In this document: one piece after another, positions 7,253-16,659 of the stretch | Numbering within the stretch: the first letter of the stretch is position 1 | Layout of the letters: every line of letters begins with the position of its first letter | Source of the DNA: Acidobacteriota bacterium | Lineage (GTDB): Bacteria > Acidobacteriota > Aminicenantia > Aminicenantales > Saccharicenantaceae | Assembly (NCBI GenBank): GCA_033549365.1 | Contig: JAWSUF010000002.1 | Span: 286,082 to 350,081 of the forward strand | Direction of reading: 5' to 3' | DNA length: 64,000 nt | Position numbers and translations under genes: made by a program | Notes under the pieces: generated by a model | The model's database searches: none | What the model was told of the DNA's origin: nothing | The model's input: only the letters and a program-made list of their open reading frames with translations

Positions 7253-9268
7253 ATGCGAAGATTCATCCGGCGTTATCTCGATCTCCCCTTGCGACGCAAG
7301 TTGAATCTGAGCTTTCTTTCCGCCGCCGTCATCGGCAGTATCATTTTTTTTGTCATTGGGACACGGCTTGTCCACCGGACCGTTTTTTCACTGGCTCAGG
7401 CCAAGGTCGGACATGACTTGTCCGCCGCCTGGATGGTTTACAACGACCGTTTGAAGGGCCTGCTCGACACCGTCCGGTTGAGCGCGGCCATGGAATGTGT
7501 TCAGAATGCCCTGCAGGCCGGCGACCGGCCGGCCGTGGTGGAGAAACTGGAAGGGATCCGCCTCGAGTACGACATGGATGTTTTCACGGTGACCGATGCC
7601 TCCGGAAGGACCGTTCTCCGGACACATCGCCCGGATGTTTTCGGGGACGATCTTTCCGGAAACCCGATCCTGGCCGCGGCCCTTTCCGGCCGCGCCGCCG
7701 CCGGAACACGGATCGTCTCCCATGAAGAACTTCTCCTTGATGGCGAGGAGTTGGCCGGCCGGGCGTTTTTCACAATTGTTCCCACTCCCATGGCCGTCGA
7801 ACGGATCGAGGATTATGAAGACCGGGGGATGATGATGGAAGCGGCGGCTCCGGTTTTCAGCGAAAGGGGAGAATTTCTGGGAGCCCTGCGCGGGGGGATT
7901 GTTCTCAACCGGAATTATGAAATCGTCGATCTGGTGAAGGACGTCGTTTTCAAAGGAGAGCGCCATCAGGACAAAGACATCGGAACGGCGACGATCTTCC
8001 AGAACGATCTTCGCATCGCCACGAATGTTCTGGACGATCAGGGCAACCGGGCGGTCGGGACGCGCGTCTCCCGGGATGTTCATCAGGCGGTTCTCAAAGA
8101 AGGCCGGGCCTGGATGGGACGTGCCTTCGTCGTCCGGGACTGGTCTATCACGGCCTATGAACCCATCCGTTCCTTCGAGGGAAACATTGTCGGCATGCTC
8201 TATGTCGGGATGCTGGAAAAACCGTATATCGACCTCAGAAACAGGGTTATGGGTGCCTTCGTATTTCTGGGGGGCCTGGGAACGGTTTTTCTCCTGGCCC
8301 TTTTCTCGATCATCGCCCGGAGCATGACGCGGCCGATGCGGGACCTCGTCGATGCCACGGAGAGAATCGCCCGGGGTGATCTCGATCACCGCCTGCGCGT
8401 CGAAAGACGCGATGAGGTCGGTCAATTGGCCGCCGCGTTCAACCGGATGACGGATGATCTGAAGAGCGCCCGGGAAAGCCGGATCGAATGGGGACGCACT
8501 TTGGAAAAACGGGTCGAGGAGCGGACGCAGGAGTTGCGGGATATGCAGGACGCACTCGTTCAGTCGGAGAAACTGGCCTCCCTCGGAAAAATGGCGGCCG
8601 GCGTCGCCCACGAAATCAACAATCCGCTGACGTCCATTCTCATCCAGACCCATCTTCTTCTTGAAAAATGCGATTCGGGCGGCGAGGCCAGAAGCTCGTT
8701 GAATCTCATCGCCGAAGAGGCGGAGCGCTGCACGCAGATCGTTCGGGGGCTTCTCGAGTTTTCCCGAAAAATGCCGGCCCGGACCGCCCCCGAGGATGTC
8801 AACGGTCTCGTCGAAAGAACCCTGCAGCTTCTGACGAACCAGATCGCGGTGCGCAGCATCGCCCTCATCAAATCCCTGGATCCCGCGCTGCCTTCCGTGG
8901 AACTCGACAGAAACAAGATGCAGCAGGTTTTTTCCAATCTTGTCATCAATGCCTGCGAGGCCATGCCCTCCGGCGGAACGCTGACCGTGTCCACCCGTCC
9001 CGGGGCGGACGGAGACGGCATCGAAGTGTCTTTCGCCGATACGGGGGGGGGGATCCCTGCGGAGAATTTGAAAAAAATATTTGACCCGTTTTTCACGACC
9101 AAAAATTTCGGGACCGGACTCGGCCTGGCCGTGAGCTACGGGATCGTCCGCCAGAGTGGCGGAACCATTCAAGTCCGAAGCGAACCTGGACGAGGTTCGG
9201 AATTCATTGTCCGGATTCCCCTGGAATTCCGGGCCGAGACAAGCGAAGCGGAGGAGGTTTCCCCATGA
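7253..9268 (+). CDS. Sensor histidine kinase with an extracytoplasmic Cache-like domain, HAMP, HisKA and HATPase_c
   Basis: A TM helix after residue 20, then a large periplasmic region, a second TM, a HAMP domain (RGDLDHRLRV...LAAAFNRMTDDL), the H-box AAGVAHEINNPLT and G-boxes DTGGGIP / GTGLGLAV. Confidence 0.85.
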   Translation: MRRFIRRYLDLPLRRKLNLSFLSAAVIGSIIFFVIGTRLVHRTVFSLAQAKVGHDLSAAWMVYNDRLKGLLDTVRLSAAMECVQNALQAGDRPAVVEKLEGIRLEYDMDVFTVTDASGRTVLRTHRPDVFGDDLSGNPILAAALSGRAAAGTRIVSHEELLLDGEELAGRAFFTIVPTPMAVERIEDYEDRGMMMEAAAPVFSERGEFLGALRGGIVLNRNYEIVDLVKDVVFKGERHQDKDIGTATIFQNDLRIATNVLDDQGNRAVGTRVSRDVHQAVLKEGRAWMGRAFVVRDWSITAYEPIRSFEGNIVGMLYVGMLEKPYIDLRNRVMGAFVFLGGLGTVFLLALFSIIARSMTRPMRDLVDATERIARGDLDHRLRVERRDEVGQLAAAFNRMTDDLKSARESRIEWGRTLEKRVEERTQELRDMQDALVQSEKLASLGKMAAGVAHEINNPLTSILIQTHLLLEKCDSGGEARSSLNLIAEEAERCTQIVRGLLEFSRKMPARTAPEDVNGLVERTLQLLTNQIAVRSIALIKSLDPALPSVELDRNKMQQVFSNLVINACEAMPSGGTLTVSTRPGADGDGIEVSFADTGGGIPAENLKKIFDPFFTTKNFGTGLGLAVSYGIVRQSGGTIQVRSEPGRGSEFIVRIPLEFRAETSEAEEVSP

Positions 9269-9648
9269 CTCAACCTGTTCGAAAAAGAATTCTTGTTGTT
9301 GATGATGAACAGATCGTCTGCAAGAGCATCCGGCAGGCTCTCGTCCGGGATGATGTCATCGTCGACATCGCGTTGTCCGCCGATGAAGCCCTCCGGCTGG
9401 AAAAGGCCGGTCCTTACGACGTCATCATCATCGACCTCATGATGCCGGGCGTCAGCGGCCTGGATCTCTTGAAATCCCTCAAGGAAATGAGTGTGAAAGC
9501 CCGGATCATCATGATCACGGGATACCCGACCATGCGGAACACCATCCAGGCCATGCAGATCGGCGCCTTTGAATTCCTCCCCAAACCCTTTCTTCCGTCC
9601 GACCTGCGCGGCGCCGTCGACCGCGCCCTGGAAACCCAACCGGACTGA
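9265..9648 (+). CDS. Stand-alone response regulator receiver (CheY-like)
   Basis: 127 aa with the acidic pocket ILVVDDE, the phospho-acceptor D in IIIDLMMPG and the conserved K in LPKPF. It overlaps the kinase stop by 4 nt. Confidence 0.85.
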   Translation: MTQPVRKRILVVDDEQIVCKSIRQALVRDDVIVDIALSADEALRLEKAGPYDVIIIDLMMPGVSGLDLLKSLKEMSVKARIIMITGYPTMRNTIQAMQIGAFEFLPKPFLPSDLRGAVDRALETQPD

Positions 9649-9669
9649 TCGGCGACCGGATCTGTGCGG

Positions 9670-9708
9670 AAAAAACGCCGGTTCTTCGCTCCTTTTTAAG
9701 CGTTTTTT
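9670..9708. terminator. Putative bidirectional intrinsic terminator between convergent genes
   Basis: Inverted repeat AAAAAACGC (9670-9678) / GCGTTTTTT (9700-9708) carrying an A-run and a T-run. It lies between the receiver gene (+) and sucD (-). The loop is long at 21 nt, so confidence is modest. Confidence 0.35.
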
Positions 9709-9716
9709 CCCTTTCA

Positions 9717-9750
9717 GGCGTGCCGATCTCACCATTCCGGCTGCGTCGCA
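9717..9750 (+). repeat. Copy A of a 34-nt conserved intergenic element (ggcgtgccgatctcaccattccggctgcgtcgca)
   Basis: 32 of 34 nt match 29565-29598. Both copies lie just 3' of a terminator-like hairpin in a convergent intergenic region. Confidence 0.5.
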
Positions 9751-9869
9751 GCCCACTCGACGTAGCCTCACTACGCCTTCGTGGGCCGCATCCTTGCCGG
9801 AACGGCAATCTCGGCCCGCGCACAACTCCGGAAAAGCAAGCCGTCGGAGGGCAGAGCCGATATTCTCGC

Positions 9870-10742
9870 TCAGGTTTTGATGGCGGATTTGAGGGTGGCG
9901 CCGATGTCGGCCGGACTCTGCGCCACGTGGACGCCGGCCGCCTTCAGTGCCTCCATTTTCTCCGCGGCCGTACCTTTTCCGCCGGCGATGATGGCGCCGG
10001 CGTGGCCCATGCGGCGTCCGGGAGGCGCCGTCTGGCCGGCGATGAAGCCGACGACGGGCTTTTTGAACTCCGCCTTGATGTAGGCGGCGGCCTCCTCTTC
10101 GGCCGAACCGCCGATCTCTCCGATCAGAATGACGGCCTCGGTTTCGGGGTCGTCCTTGAAGAGTTTCAAAAGATCGACGAATTTCAACCCCACGATGGGG
10201 TCGCCGCCGATGCCGACGGCCGTGGACTGGCCGAATCCCTGCTGGGTCACCTGCTGCACCGCCTCATAGGTCAGTGTGCCGGACCGGGAGATGATGCCGA
10301 CGGTTCCGGGAGAGTGGATGGGACCGGGCATGATGCCGATTTTGCACTTTCCGGGGGAAATCACGCCCGGCGTGTTCGGGCCGATCAGCCGGACGGGATG
10401 ATCCTTGAGAAAGGTCTTGACCCGGATCATGTCGTAAGTCGGAATCCCTTCCGTGATGCAGACGACGAGTCCGACTCCGGCTGCGGCCGCCTCCATGATG
10501 GCATCGGCCCCGGCGAAAGGGGGAACGAAAATCACGGCCGCATCGGCTTTTTCCGCTGCGACGGCGTCGGCGACGGTGTTGAAAACGGGAATGTCGAGAT
10601 GTCGCGTTCCGCCTTTGCCCGGAGTCACTCCGGCCACGACGCGCGTGCCGTACTCCGCCATGCGGCCGGTATGGAACGTGCCCTCGCTTCCCGTGATGCC
10701 CTGGACGACCACTCGAGTCTCTGCGTTGATCAGAATGCTCAT
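9870..10742 (-). CDS. sucD: Succinyl-CoA synthetase alpha subunit
   Basis: 290 aa with the CoA-binding N-terminus [10 protein letters not shown] and the phospho-His loop SRSGTLTYE. Confidence 0.9.
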   Translation of the reverse strand: MSILINAETRVVVQGITGSEGTFHTGRMAEYGTRVVAGVTPGKGGTRHLDIPVFNTVADAVAAEKADAAVIFVPPFAGADAIMEAAAAGVGLVVCITEGIPTYDMIRVKTFLKDHPVRLIGPNTPGVISPGKCKIGIMPGPIHSPGTVGIISRSGTLTYEAVQQVTQQGFGQSTAVGIGGDPIVGLKFVDLLKLFKDDPETEAVILIGEIGGSAEEEAAAYIKAEFKKPVVGFIAGQTAPPGRRMGHAGAIIAGGKGTAAEKMEALKAAGVHVAQSPADIGATLKSAIKT

Positions 10743-10767
10743 GGGATTCTCCTTTGTTTTCCTTGCG

Positions 10768-11925
10768 CTATTTCACCAGGGCGACGACCGTCTCGGCCGC
10801 CTCCTTCATTCCCGAAGCCCAGGAGAAGGTCAGCCCGGAATCCTTGAGGATTTTCTTGCCCAGATCGACGTTGGTGCCCTCGAGACGGATGACGATGGGG
10901 ATGTTCGTTCCCAGCTCCTTGGCCGCCTTGACGACGCCCGAGGCGATAAGATCGCAACGCACGATGCCGCCGAAAATGTTGATGAGGGCGCCTTTGACGT
11001 CAGGATCCGAGACCAGGATCTTGAAGGCGTTCGTCACCGCCTCCTCGGAAACGCCTCCGCCGACATCCAGGAAGTTGGCCGGCACGCCGCCGCTGTACTT
11101 GACGATGTCCATGGTGGCCATGGCCAGACCGGCGCCGTTGACCATGCAGCCGACATTGCCGTCGAGCTTGATGTAGTTGAGATCGTGCTTTGAGGCCTCG
11201 ACTTCGAGCGGCGATTCTTCGTCGAGATCGCGGAGTTCCCGGATCTCGGGATGACGGTAGAGCGCGTTGTCGTCGAAATTCATCTTGGCGTCGAGCGCCA
11301 GAACGTCGCCGTTCTTCGTGATGAGCAGGGGATTGATCTCGGCCAACGAAGCGTCGGTTCCCTCGAACGCCTTATAGAGAGCATCGATGAAGGCCACGGC
11401 CTGTTTGAAGGTTGAGCCTTTCAGGCCGAGCTTGAAGGCCAGGTTGCGGGCCTGGAAACCCAGAAGTCCCGTTCCCGGATGAATGAACTCCTTGATGATA
11501 AGCTCCGGAGTTTCGGCGGCGACTTTTTCGATCTCCATACCGCCTTCCGTCGATGCCATGATAACGGGCGCCTCCGTGGCCCGGTCGATGACGATACCCA
11601 GATAGAGTTCCCGATCGATGTCCAGTGCTTCCTCGACGAGAAGGCTCTTGACCTTCCTCCCCTCGGGTCCCGTCTGGGGCGTGACCAGCGTCATGCCGAT
11701 CATGTCCGCGGCCAGATTTGCGGCCTGTTCGGGTGTGTCGGCGATCTTGATTCCGCCGCCTTTGCCGCGCCCGCCGGCGTGGATCTGCGCCTTGAGGACG
11801 ACGCGGGAGCCGAGGCGTTGGGCGATCTCCTGAACCTGGTCCGGTTTCCCGGCGACTTCGCCGCGGGGGACGCGGACACCGTAGCGGGCCAGAATCTGCT
11901 TGGCTTGGAATTCGTGGATTTTCAT
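10768..11925 (-). CDS. sucC: Succinyl-CoA synthetase beta subunit (ATP-grasp)
   Basis: The true start is [17 protein letters not shown] at 11925, with a GGGAGGG RBS 7 nt upstream. The ligase-CoA C-terminus is [10 protein letters not shown]. Confidence 0.9.
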   Translation of the reverse strand: MKIHEFQAKQILARYGVRVPRGEVAGKPDQVQEIAQRLGSRVVLKAQIHAGGRGKGGGIKIADTPEQAANLAADMIGMTLVTPQTGPEGRKVKSLLVEEALDIDRELYLGIVIDRATEAPVIMASTEGGMEIEKVAAETPELIIKEFIHPGTGLLGFQARNLAFKLGLKGSTFKQAVAFIDALYKAFEGTDASLAEINPLLITKNGDVLALDAKMNFDDNALYRHPEIRELRDLDEESPLEVEASKHDLNYIKLDGNVGCMVNGAGLAMATMDIVKYSGGVPANFLDVGGGVSEEAVTNAFKILVSDPDVKGALINIFGGIVRCDLIASGVVKAAKELGTNIPIVIRLEGTNVDLGKKILKDSGLTFSWASGMKEAAETVVALVK

Positions 11926-12029
11926 TTTTCCCTCCCGAAATTGCATCGCCGTCGGGCGGCGGGCTGTTTTTTTATAGCAAAGGCGCACGGGGGTGTCAAT
12001 GATTGAGACGTCTCGCATCTCCTCAAGTC

Positions 12030-12058
12030 TTGACACCCCAGAAAAAAGAGTCTATAGT
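12030..12058 (+). promoter_or_regulatory. Near-consensus sigma70 promoter upstream of the mvh/hdr block
   Basis: TTGACA (12030-12035), a 17-nt spacer, then TATAGT (12053-12058). It lies in the AT-rich divergent region between sucC and mvhG. Confidence 0.5.
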
Positions 12059-12285
12059 TTCGATCTCGCGGCTTCCGACCGGTTTCGGAAAAATTTTAAT
12101 TTTTTATGATGCATTCATTGCTAAAGCGGCGACACGGAATCTTAATCCCCCTCCCGTTTATCTTTTCCCGCTCCTTGTGCCCGTCGATGTCGTCCGTTCT
12201 GTCCCCCCGACCGCCGGATTCCGGTTCCCGGCGCTTGATCTTCAATGAAGGGAGAGGACTCCACACGAGTTCGAAAGGGTGAGTC

Positions 12286-13251
12286 ATGGCGAAACCGAAA
12301 TTTGCGATTTACTGGGCCGCGAGCTGCGGAGGATGCGAGATCGCCTTCCTCGACATCAAGGAGAAGATCCTGGATTTCGATGCCGCGGCGGAACTGGTGT
12401 TCTGCCCCTGCCTCATGGACACCAAGTACTCCGATGTCGAGGCCATGGCCGATGAGGAGATCGATGTCACGCTCTTCAACGGCGGGATCCGCAACGAGGA
12501 AAACCTTCATCTGGCCCATCTTCTGCGGCGGAAATCGAAGGTTCTGGTGGCGTTCGGCTCTTGTGCCACCGAAGGGTGCATCCCGGGTCTGGCCAACCTG
12601 ACGACGAAAGAGGACATCCTGGATTATGTCTATCGCCGATCTCCGTCGGTGGCTCCCGGAAATACCGTGCTTCCGCAACTGGAGACCGAAACGCCGTTCG
12701 GGAAGCTCACGCTTCCCGCCATCCACGAAAACCTGAGGACGCTCGGGCAGGTGGTGGATGTCGACTACTTCATGCCCGGCTGCCCGCCCGTCGAGGAGCA
12801 GATCTGGGCGGTGGCCGAGGCCGCTCTTTCGGGCAAGCTTCCGCCCAAGGGGTCGCTCGTCGGCGTCAACCCCAAAACGGTCTGCGATGAATGTCCCCGG
12901 ACGAAGGACGTCAAGAAGGTCAAAGCCTTTCGGCGGCCCCATCTTGTCTCACCCCGGGACATCGATCCCGAGATCTGTCTTCTGGAACAAGGCCTCCTGT
13001 GCAACGGCCCGGCCATCCACGCCGGCTGCGGCGCCCTCTGCCCCCGGGTCAACCTGGGTTGCCGCGGCTGCTACGGCCCGGCGGCCGGCATCCAGGATGT
13101 CGGGGCCAAACTGGCCGGCGCCATCGCCTCGGTCATCGACAGCGATGATCCGGCCGAAATCGACGGCATCGTCGACCAGATCCTCGATCCGGTCGGAACC
13201 TTTTACCGGTTCAACCTGGCCGGTTCGTTTGTGGGGAGACGCGTAAGATGA
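12286..13251 (+). CDS. mvhG: [NiFe]-hydrogenase small subunit, group 3 (Mvh/F420-non-reducing type)
   Basis: The N-terminus AIYWAASCGGCEIAFLD is the proximal-cluster motif. Several further Cys clusters follow (GSCATEGC, CPRTKD, CGALCP, CRGCYGP). It overlaps the large-subunit start. Confidence 0.8.
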   Translation: MAKPKFAIYWAASCGGCEIAFLDIKEKILDFDAAAELVFCPCLMDTKYSDVEAMADEEIDVTLFNGGIRNEENLHLAHLLRRKSKVLVAFGSCATEGCIPGLANLTTKEDILDYVYRRSPSVAPGNTVLPQLETETPFGKLTLPAIHENLRTLGQVVDVDYFMPGCPPVEEQIWAVAEAALSGKLPPKGSLVGVNPKTVCDECPRTKDVKKVKAFRRPHLVSPRDIDPEICLLEQGLLCNGPAIHAGCGALCPRVNLGCRGCYGPAAGIQDVGAKLAGAIASVIDSDDPAEIDGIVDQILDPVGTFYRFNLAGSFVGRRVR

Positions 13252-14702
13252 AAACCATCACCATCGATCCCATCACCCGGCTGGAGGGACACGGCAAGAT
13301 TTCCATATTCCTCGACGACGCCGGAAACGTCGCCGATGCCTATCTTCAGATCCCCGAGCTGCGCGGGTTCGAGCAGTTCTGCATCGGCCGTCCGGTCGAG
13401 GAAATGCCCCGTATTACGACACGGATCTGCGGCGTCTGTCCCGAAGCCCATATGATGGCGGCGGCCAAGGCCTGCGACGCCGTCTATCACTGCGAACTGC
13501 CCCGCACGGCCAAGCTGCTGCGGGAGCTTCTTTATGTCGTTTTTTACGTCACCGACCATTCGACGCACTTTTACGCCCTGGGCGGCCCGGACTTCGTCAT
13601 GGGGCCAACCGCACCCAAAGCCCAGCGCAACATCCTGGGCGTCATTCACAAGGTCGGCGTTGAAATCGGCAAGAAAGTCATCGGCATGCGGGGCGCCTGC
13701 CACAACATCATCAAGCAGATGGGCGGGAAGTCCGTTCATCCCATCGGCGCCATTCCCGGCGGCATGAGCAAGGGCATGACGAAGGAGGAGCAGGCGGCGA
13801 TTCTGGCCAAGGGGAAAGAGGCCGTCGAATTCGCCAAGTTCTCGATCGGTCTTTTCAACTCCCTGGTTCTCGAAAACAAGGAGTATGTCGATCTCATCCT
13901 GAGCGACAGCTTCACGCACCGGACTTACAACATGGGACTCGTCGACGCGAAAAACCGCGTCAACTTCTACGACGGAGACGTCCGCGTCACCGGCCCGGAC
14001 GGCGCCGAACTGGCCAAGTTCAAACCGGCCGATTACTTGAACCATATCGTCGAGCATGTCGAGACCTGGTCCTACCTCAAGTTCCCCTTCCTTAAGAACG
14101 TCGGCTGGAAGGGCTTGGTCGATGGGCCAGACAGCGGCATTTACAAAGCCACGCCCCTCTCCCGGCTGAATGTTTCCGATAGTATGGCCACGCCTCTGGC
14201 CAATGAAGAGCATGACAAGATGTACAAAACCCTGGGCGGGAAGCCGGTTCATCAAACTCTGGCCACGCATTGGGCTCGCCTGATCGAGCTTCTCTATGCG
14301 GCCGAGCGCTGGGTCGAACTCGCTTCCGACCCGGAGATCACGGGCCCCGAATACCGCATCGTTCCGGACAAGACCCCGGACGAGGGCGTTGCCGTGGTTG
14401 AGGCCCCGCGGGGAACGCTTTTTCATCACTATAAAACCGACGAAAAGGGCCTTCTTCGGGAAGCCAACCTCATTGTGGGAACGACCAACAACAACGGCGC
14501 CATCAACCTTTCCGTCAAGAAAGCGGCTCAGGGATTCATCAAAAACGGCCGGGTCGACGACGGGCTCCTGAACATCGTCGAAATGGCCTTCCGGGCCTAC
14601 GACCCCTGCTTCGGCTGCGCCACGCACGCCCTCGGCCGCACCCCGCTCCGGGTTTCCGTCCACGATCACCGGGGCGAGATCATCAAGGATTTGAGGAGAT
14701 AA
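13248..14702 (+). CDS. mvhA: [NiFe]-hydrogenase large subunit, group 3
   Basis: N-terminal RICGVCPEAH (RxCGxCxxxH) and C-terminal DPCFGCATH, followed by a roughly 20-aa extension of the type removed by the maturation protease. Confidence 0.85.
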   Translation: MKTITIDPITRLEGHGKISIFLDDAGNVADAYLQIPELRGFEQFCIGRPVEEMPRITTRICGVCPEAHMMAAAKACDAVYHCELPRTAKLLRELLYVVFYVTDHSTHFYALGGPDFVMGPTAPKAQRNILGVIHKVGVEIGKKVIGMRGACHNIIKQMGGKSVHPIGAIPGGMSKGMTKEEQAAILAKGKEAVEFAKFSIGLFNSLVLENKEYVDLILSDSFTHRTYNMGLVDAKNRVNFYDGDVRVTGPDGAELAKFKPADYLNHIVEHVETWSYLKFPFLKNVGWKGLVDGPDSGIYKATPLSRLNVSDSMATPLANEEHDKMYKTLGGKPVHQTLATHWARLIELLYAAERWVELASDPEITGPEYRIVPDKTPDEGVAVVEAPRGTLFHHYKTDEKGLLREANLIVGTTNNNGAINLSVKKAAQGFIKNGRVDDGLLNIVEMAFRAYDPCFGCATHALGRTPLRVSVHDHRGEIIKDLRR

Positions 14703-14710
14703 CACAGGCC

Positions 14711-16168
14711 ATGCGCGTTCTCGTTCTCAACAGCGGCAGTTCTTCGATCAAATTCCAGTTCATCGGCATGGAGGACGAGAGCCTTCTGGCCAAGGGGATT
14801 GTCGAAAAAATCGGCTCGAGCGATGCCATCATCACCTACCAGCCTTCGGGCCGGGACCGGATCCGGGAGATCCGCGAGGTGCAGAATCACGGCACGGCCA
14901 TCGAGATCGTTTTGGCCCTGCTTCTCCATCCCCAGCACGGGGTGATCAAGAACAAGAGTGAAATCGACGGCATCGGTCACCGGGTCGTTCACGGCGGCGA
15001 GGAGTTCGCCTCGTCCGTCTTGATCACGGACCGTGTGGCCGCCACCATCCGGAAGTGCATTCAATTCGCTCCTCTGCACAATCCCCACAACCTCAAGGGC
15101 ATCGAGGCCTGCGAGGCCCTCCTGCCCGGCGTCCCCCAGGTCGCCGTCTTCGACACGGCGTTTCACCAGACCATTCCGCCCAAAGGCTACATTTACGGTC
15201 TTCCCTATGCCTTGTACAAGAAGCTTGGTGTCCGGCGCTACGGTTTCCATGGGACATCCCACAGCTATGTGGCCCATCGGGCCGCGGAGATTCTGGGCAA
15301 GCCCATCGATAAAACGAAAATCATCACCTGCCATCTGGGCAACGGCGCCAGCATCACGGCGATCGACGGCGGCCGGTCCATCGATACGACCATGGGCTTT
15401 ACCCCCCTGGAAGGGCTGGTCATGGGCACCCGCTGCGGCTCCATCGATCCTGCGCTTGTCCCGTATATTATGGAACGGGAAAAGCTGGGGACCAAGGATA
15501 TCGACGCCATCATGAACAAAAACAGCGGCATGCTCGGCCTGACGGAAACATCCAACGACATGCGCGAGATCGAGCAGGAAGCCGCCCGCGGCAGCGAACG
15601 CCACCAATTGGCCATCGATATCTATTGCCAGAGCGTGAAGAAGTTCATCGGAGCTTATATGCTCGAATTGGGGCGTCTCGACGCCATCGTCTTCACGGGC
15701 GGCATCGGAGAGAATTCCCGCCTTGTGCGGCGGCTTGTTTGCGAAAATCTCGAAGCTTTCGGCATCGTTTGCGATGCCGATAAAAACGAGGCCAATGCCT
15801 CCGATATCAGTTCCGGCAAGGTCAAAATCCTGGTCATTCCGACCAATGAGGAGCTGGCCATCGCCCGGGATACGCGGGACATTTTGGGATCCGCGGAATA
15901 TCGCGAAGCCGCACAGGCCGCGCCACGCTCGGTCCCGGCGCCGGTCCCGGCGCCTTTCAAACCCGAAGAGACGGCCCGCCTTGTTCTGGCCTGGGCGCGA
16001 AATCCCAAGGCGGCACCCGATGACCTGGCCGCCCGCTTAAGCCGGGAATTCGGGCGGACGGTCGAACCCGCGGCCGTTCAGAAAGAGATCGGCCGTCTGG
16101 AACTTGCGTCACTGCCCGCCCCGGACCGCCGATCGGCCAAGCCCAAAAAAGGAAAATCACATGGATAA
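14711..16168 (+). CDS. ackA: Acetate kinase with an unusual Pro/Ala-rich C-terminal extension of about 85 aa
   Basis: N-terminal LVLNSGSSSIKFQ and the rest of the acetate/propionate kinase fold through about residue 400. The tail is ...PRSVPAPVPAPFKPEE...KPKKGKSHG. Confidence 0.85.
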   Translation: MRVLVLNSGSSSIKFQFIGMEDESLLAKGIVEKIGSSDAIITYQPSGRDRIREIREVQNHGTAIEIVLALLLHPQHGVIKNKSEIDGIGHRVVHGGEEFASSVLITDRVAATIRKCIQFAPLHNPHNLKGIEACEALLPGVPQVAVFDTAFHQTIPPKGYIYGLPYALYKKLGVRRYGFHGTSHSYVAHRAAEILGKPIDKTKIITCHLGNGASITAIDGGRSIDTTMGFTPLEGLVMGTRCGSIDPALVPYIMEREKLGTKDIDAIMNKNSGMLGLTETSNDMREIEQEAARGSERHQLAIDIYCQSVKKFIGAYMLELGRLDAIVFTGGIGENSRLVRRLVCENLEAFGIVCDADKNEANASDISSGKVKILVIPTNEELAIARDTRDILGSAEYREAAQAAPRSVPAPVPAPFKPEETARLVLAWARNPKAAPDDLAARLSREFGRTVEPAAVQKEIGRLELASLPAPDRRSAKPKKGKSHG

Positions 16169-16658
16169 GATCTCGAAAGAAGAATCGGGCTGGCTGGTCG
16201 CCCTGTCCTGGCTGAGCGCCCTGGAGGAGACGGCCCGGGATTTTCACGGGACGCGCCCCCGCGTTTTCTGCGAGCGCGTTTACGAACACTCCGTTCAGTT
16301 TTTCCTTCATCGCCTCGGTGACGAGTATGGTTTTGCGATCGAGAAAGCCGCCTCCATCCGGGAGGCCGTCGAAAACTACATCCGCATCGGAGTCTCGGCC
16401 GGAGTCTTCCGCGAGGGCGGAAGTTTCGAACTCAACGAGGTCAATCCTTATCACGTCGAAGTCACGGTCCATGACTGCGTCTACCTCAAGAGTTGCCAGG
16501 CGCTCATCGACGAAGGATTTTCCGTGAGAGACCTGACCTGTGCCCGGATCGGCTGTTTCCGAGCCGCGGTCAAGGCCCTCGGCAACCTCGACTGCGATTA
16601 CCAGGTGACCTCCTTCAACATCGAAGGCGCCTGCAAAGGTTATATCGAAAGGATTTGA
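16161..16658 (+). CDS. Hypothetical Cys-rich protein (possibly V4R/ATC-hydrolase-like)
   Basis: 165 aa from MDKISKEES. The C-terminal half carries DCVYLKSC, LTCARIGC, LDCDY and GACKG. It overlaps the ackA stop by 8 nt. I could not assign a family with confidence. Confidence 0.4.
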   Translation: MDKISKEESGWLVALSWLSALEETARDFHGTRPRVFCERVYEHSVQFFLHRLGDEYGFAIEKAASIREAVENYIRIGVSAGVFREGGSFELNEVNPYHVEVTVHDCVYLKSCQALIDEGFSVRDLTCARIGCFRAAVKALGNLDCDYQVTSFNIEGACKGYIERI

Positions 16659-16659
16659 T

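Noticed and set aside
7388-9172. 594-aa minus-strand ORF
   Set aside because: It is antisense to the sensor histidine kinase gene.
9720-10847. 375-aa plus-strand ORF beginning MPISPFRL (and 29568-29930 with the same N-terminus)
   Set aside because: Both start inside the 34-nt repeated intergenic element and run antisense through sucD or the ABC permease. The shared N-terminus reflects the DNA repeat, not a protein family.
12142-14705. Minus-strand ORFs 12142-12942 and 13203-14705
   Set aside because: They are antisense to the [NiFe]-hydrogenase small and large subunit genes.
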